A DNA stretch of 64,000 nucleotides. It comes from Thermoanaerobaculia bacterium (GTDB lineage: Bacteria; Acidobacteriota; Thermoanaerobaculia; Multivoradales; JAGPDF01). Under the pieces are notes generated by a model. The model did no database searches. It saw only the letters and a program-made list of their open reading frames with translations, and was not told the DNA's origin. The position numbers and the translations under genes were made by a program. The stretch covers positions 13,411 to 77,410 of the forward strand of contig DASWJT010000134.1 of NCBI GenBank assembly GCA_036397015.1, given 5' to 3'. Positions within the stretch are counted from its first letter, which is position 1. The number at the start of each line of letters is the position of its first letter. Shown here in pieces: positions 1-9,540 of the stretch.

Positions 1-726
1 GTCGCCTCGCTGGCGCAAAAGCTCGGCGTGCCGCGGCTGCTCTCCGTTTCCTCGGTCGCCTACTTCGGCGGCAGCCCCGACGACGGGACGCCGGCGACGG
101 AAGAAACGCCGCCGCGCCAGCCGTTTCCGACGCGCTACAGCGACACCAAACACCGCGGCGAGCGCGCCATCCGTGCCTGGGCCGCGCGCGGCCTGAGCGT
201 GGTGACCGTCTACCCGAGTCTGGTCTACGGCCCGCCGGGCAAGCGCGAGGGCGCCAACGCCATCCTCCGCCAGCTCCTGCTCGGACGCTTCCCGGCCCTC
301 GTCGGTGCCGACCGGGTCGCCTCGTGGATCCACCTCGACGACGTCGTCGACGGCATCGCCCGCGCGCTCGCCCGGGCGGCGCCCGGCGTCGCCTACCTCC
401 TGGCCGGCGAGGCGGTCTCGGTGCGCGCGCTGGCCGCGGCGGTGGGGAGGCTCGCCGGCGTCCCGACGCCTCGACGCGAGGTCTCGGTGCGCACCGCGCG
501 CTGGGCACTGCGGCTGGCGCTGCCGCTCTACCGGCTGCGCGGCCGCCGGCCCCCGATGCCCCTCACGCAGCTCGACTCGCTCGCGCGCCACTGGCGCTTC
601 GACGACACCCGCGCGCGGCGCGAGCTCGACTGGTCGCCGCGCCCCCTCGACCAGGGGCTGCCGCCGACCCTCGCCTACCTGGCCGCGGCCGAGCGCGCCC
701 GCCGCGCCCCGGCCGAGCGCGGTTGA
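1..726 (+). CDS. NAD-dependent epimerase/dehydratase (extended SDR) family protein, 5'-truncated by window edge
   Basis: Frame 1 is open from base 1 (VASLAQKLGVPRLLSVSS...) to TGA at 724-726. The C-terminal half looks like SDR epimerase/reductase proteins (VYPSLVYGPPG, WIHLDDVVDGI). Confidence 0.6.
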   Translation, partial: VASLAQKLGVPRLLSVSSVAYFGGSPDDGTPATEETPPRQPFPTRYSDTKHRGERAIRAWAARGLSVVTVYPSLVYGPPGKREGANAILRQLLLGRFPALVGADRVASWIHLDDVVDGIARALARAAPGVAYLLAGEAVSVRALAAAVGRLAGVPTPRREVSVRTARWALRLALPLYRLRGRRPPMPLTQLDSLARHWRFDDTRARRELDWSPRPLDQGLPPTLAYLAAAERARRAPAERG

Positions 727-814
727 GGGCGAGCGCGGCAGCGTCGCGACGGCGCCCGCCGGGGCGCCGCTGCCCAGCTGCTAAGCTTGCTTCCCCTGCC
801 GCAACGCCCCGCCG

Positions 815-1180
815 ATGTTCACCGTCTTCAAGGACTACACCTTCGCCGCCGGACACGCGATCCGGGGCCACGCCCGCGGTTGCCAGAACTTGCACGGCCA
901 CAACTACCGCGTGCGCGTGCACGTCGCCTCGCCCGAGCTCGACGAGCTCGGCATGGTGATCGACTTCGCCGACCTGAAGTCGATCGCCGACGAGGTCCTC
1001 GGCCGCTTCGACCACCGCGTGATCAACGAGCTCTCCCCCTTCGACGAGCGCAACACGACGGCCGAGCTCCTGGCGCACTACACCTACGAGGAGATGTCGA
1101 GGCGACTGCCGGCGGGCCGCACGGTGCGCCGGGTCGAGGTCTGGGAGACGGAATCCTCCTGCGCCGCCTACGAGCCGTGA
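815..1180 (+). CDS. queD: 6-carboxy-5,6,7,8-tetrahydropterin synthase (QueD / PTPS family)
   Basis: 121 aa with an ATG start. It has the PTPS/QueD signature (FAAGHAIRGH..CQNLHGHNYRV) and typical length, and is immediately followed by queE. Confidence 0.85.
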   Translation: MFTVFKDYTFAAGHAIRGHARGCQNLHGHNYRVRVHVASPELDELGMVIDFADLKSIADEVLGRFDHRVINELSPFDERNTTAELLAHYTYEEMSRRLPAGRTVRRVEVWETESSCAAYEP

Positions 1181-1836
1181 GCGCCGCCGCGCCGCGACTC
1201 AAGATCCACGAGATCTACCGCTCCATCCAGGGCGAGTCGACCCACGCCGGCCGGCCGTGCGTCTTCGTGCGGCTGATCGGCTGCCAGATGCGCTGCGTCT
1301 GGTGCGACACCGCCTACGCCTTCTACGGCGGCGAGTTCCGCCGTGTCGACGAGATTGTCGCCGAGGTCGCGAGCCACCGCTGCCGGCTGGTCGAGATCAC
1401 CGGCGGCGAGCCGCTGCTGCAACCCGCGGTGCATCCGCTGATGAGCGCCCTCTGCGACGCCGGCTACGAGGTGCTGCTCGAGACCGGCGGCGGGCTCGAC
1501 ATCTCCGGCGTCGACCCGCGCGTCGCGCGCATCGTCGACATCAAGTGCCCGGCGAGCGGCGAGGCGGAGAACAATCGCTGGGAAAACCTCGCGCGCCTGC
1601 GCCCCGGCGACGAGCTCAAGCTCGTCCTCGCCGACGAGGCGGATTACACCTGGGCGGCCCGCCTCGTCGCGGATCGCCGGCTCGCCGAGCTCGGCGTCCC
1701 GATCCACTTCTCGCCGGCGTGGGACGCGCTCGACCCGGCGGCGCTCGCCGCCTGGATCCTGCGCGACCGGCTTCCCGTGCGCCTCCACCTCCAGCTGCAC
1801 AAGATCCTGTGGGGCGCCGAGGTCCGGGGCGTCTAG
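1177..1836 (+). CDS. queE: 7-carboxy-7-deazaguanine synthase, radical SAM
   Basis: GTG start overlaps the queD stop (GTGA at 1177-1180). N-terminus is IHEIYRSIQGEST and the radical-SAM cluster motif is CQMRCVWCDT (Cx3Cx2C). The upstream part of the 349-aa track ORF overlaps queD and is not coding. Confidence 0.85.
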   Translation: MSAAAPRLKIHEIYRSIQGESTHAGRPCVFVRLIGCQMRCVWCDTAYAFYGGEFRRVDEIVAEVASHRCRLVEITGGEPLLQPAVHPLMSALCDAGYEVLLETGGGLDISGVDPRVARIVDIKCPASGEAENNRWENLARLRPGDELKLVLADEADYTWAARLVADRRLAELGVPIHFSPAWDALDPAALAAWILRDRLPVRLHLQLHKILWGAEVRGV

Positions 1837-1869
1837 AGCGAGGCTCGGCTCCTCCGTGCCGGCGGTAGA

Positions 1870-3414
1870 GTGCATCGAATGAGCACGACGCGCCGACGCG
1901 GACGGCCGAGCGAGCTACGCGCCCTCTCCTCGCTCTACGAGGCGACGCGGGCGATCGGCATGTCCGAGGACCTCGACGCCCTGCTCGACCAGGTTTTGCT
2001 CCGCGCCGAGGAGCTCACCGGCTTCGAGCACTGGGCGGTCGTCCTGCTCGATCGCGAGCGCTCGGAGCTGGTCGTCCGATGCGTGCACGGGCCGGGCGGC
2101 TGGCAAGTGGGAGTCGAGGGCAAACGCCTGCCGCTCGATCGCGGTCTCTGCGGCTGGGCCGTGCGTCACGGTCGCGCGGTTCGCGTCGGCGATGTCGATC
2201 ACGATCCCCGCTACGTCCCCGGCCTCGAGGGCGCGCGCTCCAATCTCGTCATTCCGCTCATCGTCGGCCAGGAGACCGTCGGCGCCATCAACGTCGAGTC
2301 GCGCCAGAGAGCGGCCTTCTCCGCCGAGGACGAGAAGCTGCTCACCGTGCTCGGCGCGCAGGCGGCGCTCGCCATCGTCGCCTCGCGCGCCACCGAGCGC
2401 TTGCAACTGCGCGTGCGGGAGCTCGACGCGCTGTTCCAGATCAGCCGGCTGGTGAGCAGCGGCCGCGAGCTCGACTGGGTGCTCAACGAGATGCTCGAGA
2501 TCATCCACAGGTTCTCGTCGGCGGGCAAGTGCGCGATCCTGCTCCTCGAAGAGGACACCGGATTGCTCAACGTGCGCGTCGCACGCGGTTATCTCGACGG
2601 CGTCGTCGGCATGTCGATCTTGCCCGGCGAGGGGATCACCGGGCGCTGCGCCGAGTCGGGCGCGGTCCTCGTCGTCGACGATCTCCGCGCCGAGACGAGA
2701 TACATCCCGGGCATCTCCGACGCGCGCAGCGAGGTCGCCATCCCGCTCGTCGCCGAGGGCAAGGTGGTCGGCGTGCTCAACGCCGAATCGACGCGCACCG
2801 CCGCCTTCTCGCCCGACGCGGTACGCCTGCTCGAGATCGTCGCCCATCAGGCGGCGACCGTCATCCAGGCGACGCGCTGGTTCCTCGAGACCGCCCGGCT
2901 GGCGAGCACCGATCCGCTCACCGGGCTCGCCAATCGGCGTCGCTTCGTGCAAGAGCTCGGGGTGGCGCTGCGCCGCGCCGAGCGCTACGGCGAGCGCTTG
3001 GCCCTGGTCGTCTTCGACCTCGACCGCTTCAAGTCGGTCAACGACGAGCACGGCCACGAAGCCGGCGATCGCGTCCTCGTCGAAGCGGCGCGGGTGCTGA
3101 GCGACGGCTTGCGCGACACCGACGTCGTGGCCCGGCTCGGCGGCGAGGAGTTCGGCGCCATCCTGATGCACACCGGCGCCGAGGCCGCGCGCGAGGTTGC
3201 CGATCGGCTGCGCATGAGCGTCGCCGCGCTGCGCATCCCGCTCGCCGCGGAAGGAGGCGACGTCGTGCTGCGCGCCACGCTCTCGGCCGGCGTCGCCGCC
3301 TACCCGGAGCACGGCAAGGACGACCGGCAAATCCTGCGCTTGGCCGACCGCGCCCTCTACGCTGCGAAGGGCGAAGGCCGCAATCGCATCGTCGTCGGCG
3401 CACCCGTCGACTGA
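1870..3414 (+). CDS. Diguanylate cyclase with two GAF domains (GAF-GAF-GGDEF)
   Basis: Two GAF-like regions precede a GGDEF domain with an intact GGEEF active site and an RDTD (RxxD) I-site 5 residues upstream. Start is GTG at 1870 or ATG at 1879. Confidence 0.8.
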   Translation: MHRMSTTRRRGRPSELRALSSLYEATRAIGMSEDLDALLDQVLLRAEELTGFEHWAVVLLDRERSELVVRCVHGPGGWQVGVEGKRLPLDRGLCGWAVRHGRAVRVGDVDHDPRYVPGLEGARSNLVIPLIVGQETVGAINVESRQRAAFSAEDEKLLTVLGAQAALAIVASRATERLQLRVRELDALFQISRLVSSGRELDWVLNEMLEIIHRFSSAGKCAILLLEEDTGLLNVRVARGYLDGVVGMSILPGEGITGRCAESGAVLVVDDLRAETRYIPGISDARSEVAIPLVAEGKVVGVLNAESTRTAAFSPDAVRLLEIVAHQAATVIQATRWFLETARLASTDPLTGLANRRRFVQELGVALRRAERYGERLALVVFDLDRFKSVNDEHGHEAGDRVLVEAARVLSDGLRDTDVVARLGGEEFGAILMHTGAEAAREVADRLRMSVAALRIPLAAEGGDVVLRATLSAGVAAYPEHGKDDRQILRLADRALYAAKGEGRNRIVVGAPVD

Positions 3415-3464
3415 GCGGCAAACGCGGTGATTGCCGCGCCGGGACCCTCGACTAGACTCGATGG

Positions 3465-4979
3465 ATGCGTCGCTCTCGCCGCGCTTTGCTCGTTCTCGCC
3501 GTCCTTGCCGCTCTCCTGCCTGCGGCGCTCGCGGCGGCGAGCGTGGCCGCCGATCCGGGCTTTCCGCTGCCGCTCGCCGCCTACCGGGGCGAGGAGGGGA
3601 TGACGCTGCTCGCGACGCTGCGCCATCGCATCGCCATCGAGCCTCTGAACCTCGTCGCTTCGCTGCTCTTTCTCGGCGCCATCCTGCACACTTTTGCGGC
3701 GCCGAAGATCGCCGCGCTGGCGCATCGGCTCGAGCACCGCATCGCCGCCGACTACGATCGCGACGGCGTGATCGAGAAGCACGAGCGGCCGCTCGCCGAG
3801 ACCAGCTTCGGCGCCGAGATGCTGCACTTTCTGGGCGAGATCGAGGCCATCTTCGGCCTCTGGGTGGTGCCGCTCATGGTGGTGATCACCTTGTCGAAGG
3901 GTTGGCCGACGGCCGAGGCGTTCCTCGGCCGCGGCGTTCACTTCGTCGAGCCGCTCTTCGTCGTGGTGATCATGGCGATCTCGGGCACGCGTCCGGTGCT
4001 GCAGTTCGCCGAGCGGGCGATCGGCAGCGTCGCGCGCCTGGGCGGCGGTACGCCGTTCGCGTGGTGGCTCGCCATCCTCACGCTCGGCCCGGTGCTCGGC
4101 TCGTTCATCACCGAGCCGGCGGCGATGGTGATCTGCGCCCTGCTCCTGTCACGACGGCTCTACGCGCTCGAACCCTCGCGCAAGCTCGCCTACGCTACCC
4201 TCGGCCTGCTCTTCGTCAACGTCTCCGTCGGCGGCACGCTCACCCATTTCGCGGCGCCGCCGGTGCTCATGGTAGCGGGCAAGTGGGGCTGGGGGCTGAG
4301 CCACATGACGCTCCACTTCGGCTGGAAGGCGGTGCTCGGCATCCTGGCCGCCAACGCCGTCTACGCCTACCTGTTCCGCGCCGAGCTCGCGGCGCTCGCC
4401 ACGCGCGCACGGCCGACGGAGCAGAAGCCGGGCGGCGAGCGGCCGCCGGCGCCCGTCTGGGTGGTCGCGATCCATCTCGCTTTCCTCGCCTGGACGGTCT
4501 TCACGGCCCACACGCCGCCGCTCTTTCTCGGCGGCTTCCTCTTCTTCATCGCCTTCCAGCAGGCGAGCGCGCCGCATCAGGATCCGCTCAACCTGCGTTC
4601 GCCGCTGCTCGTCGGCTTCTTCCTCGGCGGCCTGGTGGTGCACGGCGCCCTGCAGCAGTGGTGGATCGCGCCGGTGCTCGGCAGCCTGGGCGAGCTACCG
4701 CTGTTCGCCGGCGCGGTGGTGCTCACCGCGTTCAACGACAACGCGGCGATCACCTATCTGGCTTCGCTCGTCCCCGAATTCAGCGACGGCATGAAGTACG
4801 CGGTGGTGGCCGGCGCGGTGACGGGCGGCGGGCTGACAGTGATCGCCAACGCCCCCAACCCGGCGGGCCAGTCGATCCTCGGCCGGCACTTCGACGAGGG
4901 GATCTCGCCGCTCGGGCTGGCCGGCGGCGCGCTCGCGCCAACGCTCATCCTGGCGGCGACGTTTCTGCTTCTCGCCTAG
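3465..4979 (+). CDS. Polytopic inner-membrane protein, possibly a DUF1504/putative cation-antiporter-like transporter
   Basis: 504 aa with an ATG start, an N-terminal signal-like segment and many hydrophobic helices. High GC3. The family assignment is from memory only. Confidence 0.65.
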   Translation: MRRSRRALLVLAVLAALLPAALAAASVAADPGFPLPLAAYRGEEGMTLLATLRHRIAIEPLNLVASLLFLGAILHTFAAPKIAALAHRLEHRIAADYDRDGVIEKHERPLAETSFGAEMLHFLGEIEAIFGLWVVPLMVVITLSKGWPTAEAFLGRGVHFVEPLFVVVIMAISGTRPVLQFAERAIGSVARLGGGTPFAWWLAILTLGPVLGSFITEPAAMVICALLLSRRLYALEPSRKLAYATLGLLFVNVSVGGTLTHFAAPPVLMVAGKWGWGLSHMTLHFGWKAVLGILAANAVYAYLFRAELAALATRARPTEQKPGGERPPAPVWVVAIHLAFLAWTVFTAHTPPLFLGGFLFFIAFQQASAPHQDPLNLRSPLLVGFFLGGLVVHGALQQWWIAPVLGSLGELPLFAGAVVLTAFNDNAAITYLASLVPEFSDGMKYAVVAGAVTGGGLTVIANAPNPAGQSILGRHFDEGISPLGLAGGALAPTLILAATFLLLA

Positions 4980-7900
4980 GCCTCGCCGACGGCTCGACGG
5001 CGTCGCCCTCGGCGAGGAGCGGCGCGATCGTCGCACGCAGCAGGTCGGCGGGCGGCTCGCCGCCCGCGCTCGCCGCGGCGGCCAGCGACGCGAAGGCCTC
5101 CTCCCCCGGCAAGGCGCCGTCGAGGAGGATCCAGCCGACGACCCGCCCGCCGCGCTCGCCACGGCGCGGCTCGGCGGCGAGGCCGAAGGCGTGCGCGAGG
5201 TCGAGCAGGCCGGCGTCCGGAACGGTCTCGGCGAGTGCGGCCCGCGCCTCCGCCGCGCCCTCGACACGAAAGTGATCGCAGCCGGCGGCGGCGAGCGTCG
5301 CTCCCACCGCGACGCCGACCTCGCGCCGCGCGGCGACGAGCACGAGCGGACGGCGACCGAACGGGCGCGGCGCGGCGCCCGCGGCGCGCAGCGCCAGGCG
5401 CATCTCGGTCTCGCTCGGGGCGCTCGCCACGACGCGCGCGAAGGCGAGTGCCAGCGCCCGACCTTCGACCATCGGCAGGAGGAGTAAAGGGACGCCGCGC
5501 TGACGCACGAGCTCGACCGTCGCCGCCACCAGCGAGCGCTCGCCCTCGCGGCGCGGATCGACGGGCAGCACCACCGCGTGGGGCCGCAGGGCGGCGAGCG
5601 AGCGGCGCAGGGAGTCGAGGCCCTCGACGCGCACGGCGAGAACGTCGTCCGCCAGGGGGCGGGTCATCTCCGCGAAGCGCTCCCAGTCGGGCTCGAGCAC
5701 GAGGACCTGCGCCCGCTCGGCGTCGTAGCTGCCCGAGTCCGCGCCCCCGGCGAGCGGCGTCACCGGGTGCGGGTCGACCGGCAGCCGCACGACGAAGCGC
5801 GCGCCGCCGTCCGTGGCCGGCTCGGCGCCGAGCGTCCCGCCCATGAGCTCGACGAGCTGACGCGCGATCGGCAGGCCGAGCCCGGTTCCCGGCGCGCCGT
5901 CGGCCTGCGCCAAGCGGCGGTAGGGCTCGAAGATCGTCTCCAGCTCCTGCGGCGGAATGCCCGCCCCGTGATCGCGCACCACGATCTCGTAGGCAGCGCG
6001 GCGCCACGGCGTCGCCGACGCGGCCAGCTCGCGTGCCTCGATCTCGACCGCCGCCCCGTTGGGCGAGTACTTGATGGCGTTCGAGATCAGGTTCATGAGC
6101 GCCTGGCGGAGCTTGGCGACGTCGCTGCGCACGCGCGCCGGCGCCTCGCTCGCGCGCACCTGGAGATGGACGCCGCGGTGCAGGGCGAAGCCCTCCATGA
6201 GCGACGCCACGCTCTCGACGATGCCGGCGAGCTCGCTCTCCTCGAGGTGCACCTCGACGCGGCCGGATTCCAGACGGAAGTGCTCGAGCACCTCGTTGAC
6301 CTGCCGCAGCAGCAGCTCGCCGCTCTCCCGCACGTGGGCGAGGTAGCGCCGCTCCTTGTCGTCGATGCGCTCCGCCAACGAGCGCTCGAGCAGCTCCGAG
6401 AAGCCGAGCACGGCGGTGAGCGGAGTCCGCAGCTCGTGGCTGGCGCGCGCGAAGAGCTCGCGACGCAGCTGCTCGGTCTGGCGCGCGCGGTCGCTGGCAC
6501 GATCCACGGCCTGCAGGTGCTCGCTGAGCGCCGTCGCGTAGCGGCGAAGATCCTCGGTGCGCTCGCCGATGCGCCGCTCGAGCTCGCTCTCGAGCCGGCG
6601 AATCCGCCGCACGCGCCAGCCGGCGAGCGCCGCCGCCAAGCTCGCCGCCGCCGCCACCGCGAGCACCGGAAACAGCGGCCGCTGCCACCACGCCGGCTCG
6701 ATGCGGAAATCGAGCGTCGCGGGCTCGCCCCAATCGCCGTCGGCGTAGGCGGCGCGCGCCTGCAGCCGGTACGAGCCCGGTCCCAGGTTCATCAGGTCGC
6801 GGAAGGGCTCGCGGCGCTCTTCGCTCCACTCCAGCTCGACGTCGAGCAGGCGGAACTGGAAGCGCAGATCGTCGCGCCGCACGTAGGTCGGCGCCCGCAC
6901 CCACACCCGCAAGCTGCGGTCGTCGTGCGGCAGCAACGGCCGCGAGCCCTCGAGCCAGCCGACCGGCACCGGGCCGACCTCGGTGAACGCGGCGGCGAAG
7001 ATCCGTCCGCCCCGCGATTCGAGACGCGAGACCATCACGCGCGGCGCGGGCGGGGTCATCGCCAGCTGGCCGAGCACACCGGTCAGGCCGCCCTTGAAGC
7101 CGAACCACAGGCGGCCGGCGGCATCGCGCGCGAACCCCTCGCTGTGCGAGACCTCGGTGGCGATGGCGCCGCCGCGCGAGTCGAGGTGCGAGACCACACC
7201 GCCTTCGCCGCCGCGGGCCTCGGGATCGAAGAGCAGGACGCCCCGGTTGGTGCCGAGCACGAGGCGGCCGCCCGTCTCCTCGGCCAGCGTCAGCACCATG
7301 CGGCCGACGAGGCCCGCGGAGCGCTCCCAGCGGCGCAGCCTGAGCGGCTCGCCCGCCGCGCTCTCGACGCGCGCGATCCGCCCGTAGCCGCCGACGAGGA
7401 GCCTGCCGGCGGCGTCGGTGCCCAATCCGCGCACCGAGCGCCAGTCGAGCCCGTGCGCGCCGCCGACGACCTCGAACCCGCCGTTCGTGTAGCGCGAGAG
7501 CGCCTCGCCGTGGGCGAACCAGACGTCGCCGTTGCCGTCGCTGGCCAGCGCGTATGCGCGGCTGCTCGCGAGGCCGTCGGCCCGAGTGAAGGCATCGACG
7601 CCGAGAGGCGAGCCGCCGGCGTCGAGACGGGCGCGATAGATGGCCTCGGAGGTGCCGACCCACAGATGGCCAGCGGCGTCCTCGGTCAGGCTGGTGACGT
7701 AGACCCCGGCGAGCCGTTCGAGTCCCGGCGGTCGTTCGCAGCGCGACGGGCGCTCGGCTCGCAAGCGACAGACGCCGAGCTCGGTTCCGACCCAGACGTC
7801 GCGCCGGCGGTCGACGTGCAGAGCCCACACCCAGCGCGCCGGCAGGCCGCGACCGACATCGTAGCGCTCGACCTCCGGCTCGCCGTGCACGCCGATGCCG

Positions 7901-9015
7901 AGCCGTGCCAGCCCGGCCGTCGTGCCGACCCACAATCCCCGCTCACCGTCGGGAACCAGGGAGTAGACGTTGGCGTCGGCCAAGCCCTCGCTCTCGCCGT
8001 AGCTCCACAGATCGTCGCGGACGAGCTGGGCCAGACCGCCTTCGGTTCCGATCCACAGGCTGCCTTCGGCGTCTTCGAGAAGTGCTCTCACGGCATTGTC
8101 GGGCAGCCCGTTCGCCTCGCGCACGATGCGACAGCGCGGGGGCGCGAGCGACAAGCAGAAGCCGAGGCCGCGGTCGGTGCCGCCGACCAGAACCGCTCCG
8201 TCGCGTCGCACGAGCAGCGCATAGATGTCGTCGTCGGGCAGTCCATCGCGGGTGCCGAGCGTCGCGATCCGACCGGCGGAGACGATCGAAAGGCCACCGC
8301 CCCGCGTGCCGACCAGGACGCGTCCGGCAGCGTCCTCCGCGAGCGCGCGGACGGCGCTCGCGCCGAGGCCGTCCCTGACGGTGAAGACGCGGCAGTCGAC
8401 GAGGTCGCCCCCGGCATCCAGGCCGCACCGCGTCAGGCCGGCGCCGCGGGATCCGACCCACAGGGTGCCGTCCGACGCCGAGAGGAGCGAGTAGACGTAG
8501 CTCGAGGCGAGGCCGTCGGCTGCGCCGAAGCGGCGGAAGCCGCCGTCGGACCAACGATAGAGACCGCTCTCGGTACCGAACCACAGGCGCCCGGCGCCGT
8601 CGATCTCCGACGCCCACACCGTCTGGCGCGGCGCCTCCGGTTCGGGGAAGGAGGTGACGGTCCGTCCGTCGAAGCGGCCCACGCCGTCGTTGGTCCCGAA
8701 CCAGAGATTGCCCTCGCGGTCCTCGAGGACCGTGCGCGCGTTCGGGCTCGGTAGGCCCTCGCGCGTGGAGATGCTCGCGAAGCGCGCGCCGTCGAAACTC
8801 GAGAATCCCCAGGTGCCGGCGACCCACAGCAAGCCGCGGCGATCCTGGTGCAGGTCCCAGATCTGGGTGCCGGTGAGGCCGTCCTCGGCGTCGTAGAGAT
8901 TGAACGGCAGCCGCTGCGCCGCGAGGCCGGCGGGTAGCAGAAACACGGCGAGGAGCGCCCGCTGAGCCCGCCGCGACCCGGCTCCATCTCGTGACGTCGC
9001 GCGCCTTCCGCTCAT
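4945..9015 (-). CDS. Large sensor histidine kinase: signal peptide, two-component-regulator beta-propeller repeats, Y_Y_Y domain, TM, HisKA-HATPase, long receiver-like C-terminal tail
   Basis: 1356 aa. Repeated ...GLxxxxVxxlxeDxxGxLWvGT... propeller units. H-box SHELRTPLTAVLGF, N-box LISNAIKYSP, G-boxes DHGAGIP and GTGLGLPIA. About 350 aa of receiver-like sequence follows the ATPase domain. Confidence 0.85.
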   Translation of the reverse strand: MSGRRATSRDGAGSRRAQRALLAVFLLPAGLAAQRLPFNLYDAEDGLTGTQIWDLHQDRRGLLWVAGTWGFSSFDGARFASISTREGLPSPNARTVLEDREGNLWFGTNDGVGRFDGRTVTSFPEPEAPRQTVWASEIDGAGRLWFGTESGLYRWSDGGFRRFGAADGLASSYVYSLLSASDGTLWVGSRGAGLTRCGLDAGGDLVDCRVFTVRDGLGASAVRALAEDAAGRVLVGTRGGGLSIVSAGRIATLGTRDGLPDDDIYALLVRRDGAVLVGGTDRGLGFCLSLAPPRCRIVREANGLPDNAVRALLEDAEGSLWIGTEGGLAQLVRDDLWSYGESEGLADANVYSLVPDGERGLWVGTTAGLARLGIGVHGEPEVERYDVGRGLPARWVWALHVDRRRDVWVGTELGVCRLRAERPSRCERPPGLERLAGVYVTSLTEDAAGHLWVGTSEAIYRARLDAGGSPLGVDAFTRADGLASSRAYALASDGNGDVWFAHGEALSRYTNGGFEVVGGAHGLDWRSVRGLGTDAAGRLLVGGYGRIARVESAAGEPLRLRRWERSAGLVGRMVLTLAEETGGRLVLGTNRGVLLFDPEARGGEGGVVSHLDSRGGAIATEVSHSEGFARDAAGRLWFGFKGGLTGVLGQLAMTPPAPRVMVSRLESRGGRIFAAAFTEVGPVPVGWLEGSRPLLPHDDRSLRVWVRAPTYVRRDDLRFQFRLLDVELEWSEERREPFRDLMNLGPGSYRLQARAAYADGDWGEPATLDFRIEPAWWQRPLFPVLAVAAAASLAAALAGWRVRRIRRLESELERRIGERTEDLRRYATALSEHLQAVDRASDRARQTEQLRRELFARASHELRTPLTAVLGFSELLERSLAERIDDKERRYLAHVRESGELLLRQVNEVLEHFRLESGRVEVHLEESELAGIVESVASLMEGFALHRGVHLQVRASEAPARVRSDVAKLRQALMNLISNAIKYSPNGAAVEIEARELAASATPWRRAAYEIVVRDHGAGIPPQELETIFEPYRRLAQADGAPGTGLGLPIARQLVELMGGTLGAEPATDGGARFVVRLPVDPHPVTPLAGGADSGSYDAERAQVLVLEPDWERFAEMTRPLADDVLAVRVEGLDSLRRSLAALRPHAVVLPVDPRREGERSLVAATVELVRQRGVPLLLLPMVEGRALALAFARVVASAPSETEMRLALRAAGAAPRPFGRRPLVLVAARREVGVAVGATLAAAGCDHFRVEGAAEARAALAETVPDAGLLDLAHAFGLAAEPRRGERGGRVVGWILLDGALPGEEAFASLAAAASAGGEPPADLLRATIAPLLAEGDAVEPSARPRREAETSPPG

Positions 9016-9081
9016 CGACTCCTTCGCTCCCGGAGGGGAGGCGCGAGCGTAGCACGCGGCGATTGCGCGGCGGCCGTCGGC

Positions 9082-9540
9082 TCAGGTCGGCGCTTCGGTC
9101 GAAACCGCCTCGCCACCCCCCACGAGCGCGGCGCGCAGCGTGTGCCAGGCGAGGGTGGCGCACTTGACCCGCATCGGGAACTGGCGCACGCCGCCGAGCG
9201 CGGCGAGCTCGCCGAGCGACTCCTCCCCGCCTCCCGCGCCGCTGCCGGTAACCAGGTCGTGGAAGCGGTCGAACAGCGCGGCGGCCTCGGCGCGCGACCT
9301 GCCGCGCACGGCGTCGGTCATCATCGACGCCGAGGCGGTCGAGATGGCGCAGCCCGAGCCTTGGAAGCGGACCTCGGCGAGGCGATCGCCGTCGAGCTTG
9401 ACCTGCACGTGCACGCGATCGCCGCACAGCGGATTGTGACCGTCGGCTTCGCCGTCGGCGTCGGCGAGCTCGCCGAAGTTGTGCGGCCTCCGATAGTGGT
9501 CGAGGAGGATCTCCTGGTAGAGCTCGTCGAGCTCGTTCAT
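9082..9540 (-). CDS. sufU: SufU-type Fe-S cluster scaffold / sulfur acceptor
   Basis: 152 aa starting MNELDELYQEILLDHYRRPHN. Three conserved Cys (NPLCGD, GSGCAIS, RVKCATLAW). The ATG at 9538-9540 overlaps the sufS stop by 4 nt. Confidence 0.85.
   Translation of the reverse strand: MNELDELYQEILLDHYRRPHNFGELADADGEADGHNPLCGDRVHVQVKLDGDRLAEVRFQGSGCAISTASASMMTDAVRGRSRAEAAALFDRFHDLVTGSGAGGGEESLGELAALGGVRQFPMRVKCATLAWHTLRAALVGGGEAVSTEAPT

Noticed and set aside
727-814. Possible preQ1 riboswitch upstream of queD-queE
   Set aside because: The 88-nt leader is GC-rich and lacks the short hairpin plus A-rich tail (AAAAAACUA-like) characteristic of preQ1-I/II aptamers.
1915-3330. Long antisense or alternative-frame ORFs throughout the track (for example 1915-3330 -, 5578-8754 +, 4976-7933 -, 19165-23712 +, 29026-31995 +, 44752-46308 -, 46899-48983 +)
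   Set aside because: Their translations are Arg/Ala/Gly/Pro-rich low-complexity strings, typical of out-of-frame reading in very GC-rich DNA. Each overlaps a gene with clear family motifs and the correct GC3 pattern. None has its own SD.
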